Source: Phoronis australis
Taxonomy: Eukaryota; Animalia; Phoronida
Assembly (NCBI GenBank): GCA_002633005.1
Contig: NMRA01000002.1
Location: 1,013,278 to 1,077,277, forward strand
Length of the DNA stretch: 64,000 bases
Direction: 5' to 3'
Numbering within the stretch: position 1 is the first letter of the stretch; the number at the start of each line of letters is the position of its first letter. The notes beneath the pieces were generated by a model that searched no databases, was not told where the DNA came from, and saw only the letters and a program-made list of their open reading frames with translations. The translations under genes were made by a program, and so were the position numbers. Of this stretch, positions 61,581 to 64,000 are shown piece by piece.

Positions 61581-63908
61581 TTAGAGACAAGTTGAGGGTG
61601 ACGAAGGTTGCAAAGCTTGATTTCGTTTCGTATAAGCTTAAATTGGTCGAGTTTTGTTTAGTACATGCAAGTGAACCAGGAGTTTGGTTTCCTATCAAAC
61701 AATTCTGGCAGCACTTATTCGATGACACGTAACCAGTTAGTATGTTTTGCTTGCTAACGCTGACTCCCAATAGCGAGAAATTGGACACTGATCAGTGTGG
61801 AGCACAAAATGACACATTGCTTTTTATTTATATCACCAGATATCACTGCAGATACTGTTTGAACTGTGCTACATTACAGCATTTTAATTTTTGTCACTTT
61901 TTGTTGTTCGATTTTCGATGAATGGATATTAGTTTTGTTCGTTCGGTGTGATGCGTCATCACGATTGCAGAACGTCAGCCTAAAGCACTAGGGCGACTCG
62001 CGCAACAATTCTCATAGTGAACAATGTCTACTAGGCCAATTATTTCCTGGTTGTTGACATTTCCAACATGCATTTTATTGTCTGAAGTACACGTCATCAA
62101 AGGAGAATCGGATATGTAGCACCCTTAAACTGAACTTGAATTTTGAAAACCATGTCATTTGCAGGATGCTTGAGATTTCAGTGCACTGTATCACTACGCT
62201 GCATTGTCTAAGCCCAACGCTCATACTGGCATCGTGTCTGGTGTTCACTTTTTCACCTGTTATCCATCTCCAAATCAGGATGCTAGTTCGCTTCACCCAA
62301 ATTAAGAGAATTTAGAAAGTAGAATATATTCTTTATGCTATTGGGTCAAATGTAAGATGGCTTTGTGAGACCACAAACCGTCTCAACTACACAAACTATC
62401 ACAATCCTCAAAAGTCGACAGTTTGTACTGTTCTGTTCTTCGAAGCACAGATTGGCGTAATTTGTGGTGCTACGATTTGTAATTTGTGGAGTTGCACAAA
62501 CTGCCTTTACTAGTTTCCCAGTCTTATTGGAAATCACAAGTTGTCAAAGTGAGTAGATGTGTGTATTTCGGTTCTCAGGGCTCTGACAGAGGAAGTCACA
62601 CAACATATCCTCTTGGTTATTAGTTCATTCCAAAAAGCGCCAACAGAAACAACGCTACATGTACGTATGGTGAGACGGACGAAGGCCCGCGTAGAACAGG
62701 ATTCATTTTTACTTACTTTTCAGCACCTGACTAAGACAATGAGATCACAAATAACCAAATATTCTGGTAACTTGCTGAAAGCATTAAGCAGTGCAGTAGT
62801 GGGATTATATATTTCAATGGTCGGTTAATTTGCATCAACTTCTGTATTAGATTTTCTACGCTCAGTTTATTATGGAATGTGAAACGTCGTGGGGGAAATC
62901 TACGAGAGAGGTTAATGCACATAAACCAAATAGCGAAGTATCTAATTATTCAATAGCGCTTGAACAGTCACCGCAGTAAAATATATTGAAGCAAAAAAAA
63001 CAAAAAATGAAAAAATGAAGTGATAGAAAGAGGCTATGAATAGCTTGTTTAGTTGATGTCGTGATCGCGCAGTGATTGATTACGTAGTGTGCTAGGTATG
63101 ATTAAGCTTACTGTAAATCTGTTTAATCATCCCCCTTTGAAACCTGCGACACGCAATCAGCCGCTGGTCTCGTAATCACGTTTAAGAATGGTGCCGCAAT
63201 TACTTACACAATAACACGACAGTTGACGTACAAGTGTAGGTCACGGTCAAATCAAACTTGCAGGCGTGGCGTTGGGTGGTACTTTAAGGTTAGACTGTAG
63301 CCCTGACCGATTTGCAGTGCCTAGAAATTAGATATTTTGGGGAAGTCAGGTTCTACGGAATTACTATAGGTTCAGTGCATCTGCTTGCATTTGTGAACAG
63401 GTTGGAAATTCGAAAAGTCCATTAGTTCGGATGCAGATACACTTTTCCTCAGAATGGCGGCCCCTTTGCCGCATTGCCGCGTAACGACTGAGAAATCTGC
63501 TACGATTTCAAGTGGCCCTCCGACAACCCAGAATTGCAAAAACAATCTAGTTGGATGGCAGCATTTTTGGAATCTTTAGGAATTTGCATTCAGAATTCAG
63601 CGTTGTCTTGTGTCTAGCGATTCGCGTTTTTGAACTTTTTTCTTTCGGAGCGTCACCTCGGTGGAAATGAAGGGACAAAAATATGGCACTATGACACAAA
63701 ACAAATTTGATGTGGTCATGAGTAGAGATTTTGATGTGAAACTTTTCATTTTGTTCATAGAGTTTTCGACAGAGTGGAATACAGGCAACAAGAGCACTGC
63801 CAAGTAAAACCGAATGAGAACTGTACGGTGCATTCATAGACCACCTGTAAACAATTCATAAGATGTTGCGCCACCCGGTGGCCAGTTCGCGGAGGGAGGT
63901 TTTCTTCC

Positions 63909-64000
63909 ACATTTTGGGTACGAGGATACCACATTACGGGTAGGAAGGAGTACCGCACATTATGGGTACGGGAGAAAGCTGGTATCGCATACTATGAATG
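63909..64000. repeat. Start of a degenerate tandem repeat (ACATTATGGGTACG-like core)
   Basis: acattttgggtacgagg, acattacgggtaggaagg and acattatgggtacgggag occur in series at the window edge. Confidence 0.55.

Noticed and set aside
60731-61788. Antisense and alternate-frame ORFs over GPRIN
   Set aside because: Shadow ORFs of the real coding strand.

Overview
Eukaryotic (animal, most likely marine invertebrate) genomic scaffold. It is AT-rich and repeat-dense, with three assembly gaps (8346-8426, 22219-22322, single N at 43367). Two host genes are well supported, both on the + strand: a complete 5-coding-exon LAMTOR3/MP1 (9075-13651, 124 aa) and a single-coding-exon GPRIN-family gene with the GRIN C-terminal motif (60396-61580, 394 aa). 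A chain of phase-compatible short exons on the - strand (597-7905) may be a third, divergently transcribed gene, but this is unproven. The rest is non-coding DNA full of transposon debris: a Kolobok-type element built from two inverted copies of its THAP-encoding 5' end (38407-39735), a three-level nest (hAT-like > foldback-like > tRNA-SINE, 25779-28237), many MITEs, Penelope-like relics with degenerate hammerhead cores, a Crypton-like relic and minisatellites. TACATGTA is strongly over-represented and in one place demonstrably arises as a 6-bp insertion at a TA, as expected for a Tc1-type excision footprint. Two gap-flanking duplications look like uncollapsed haplotypes. No rRNA, intact tRNA, CRISPR array or intact transposase was seen. 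All family assignments come from motif recognition by eye, not database searches.
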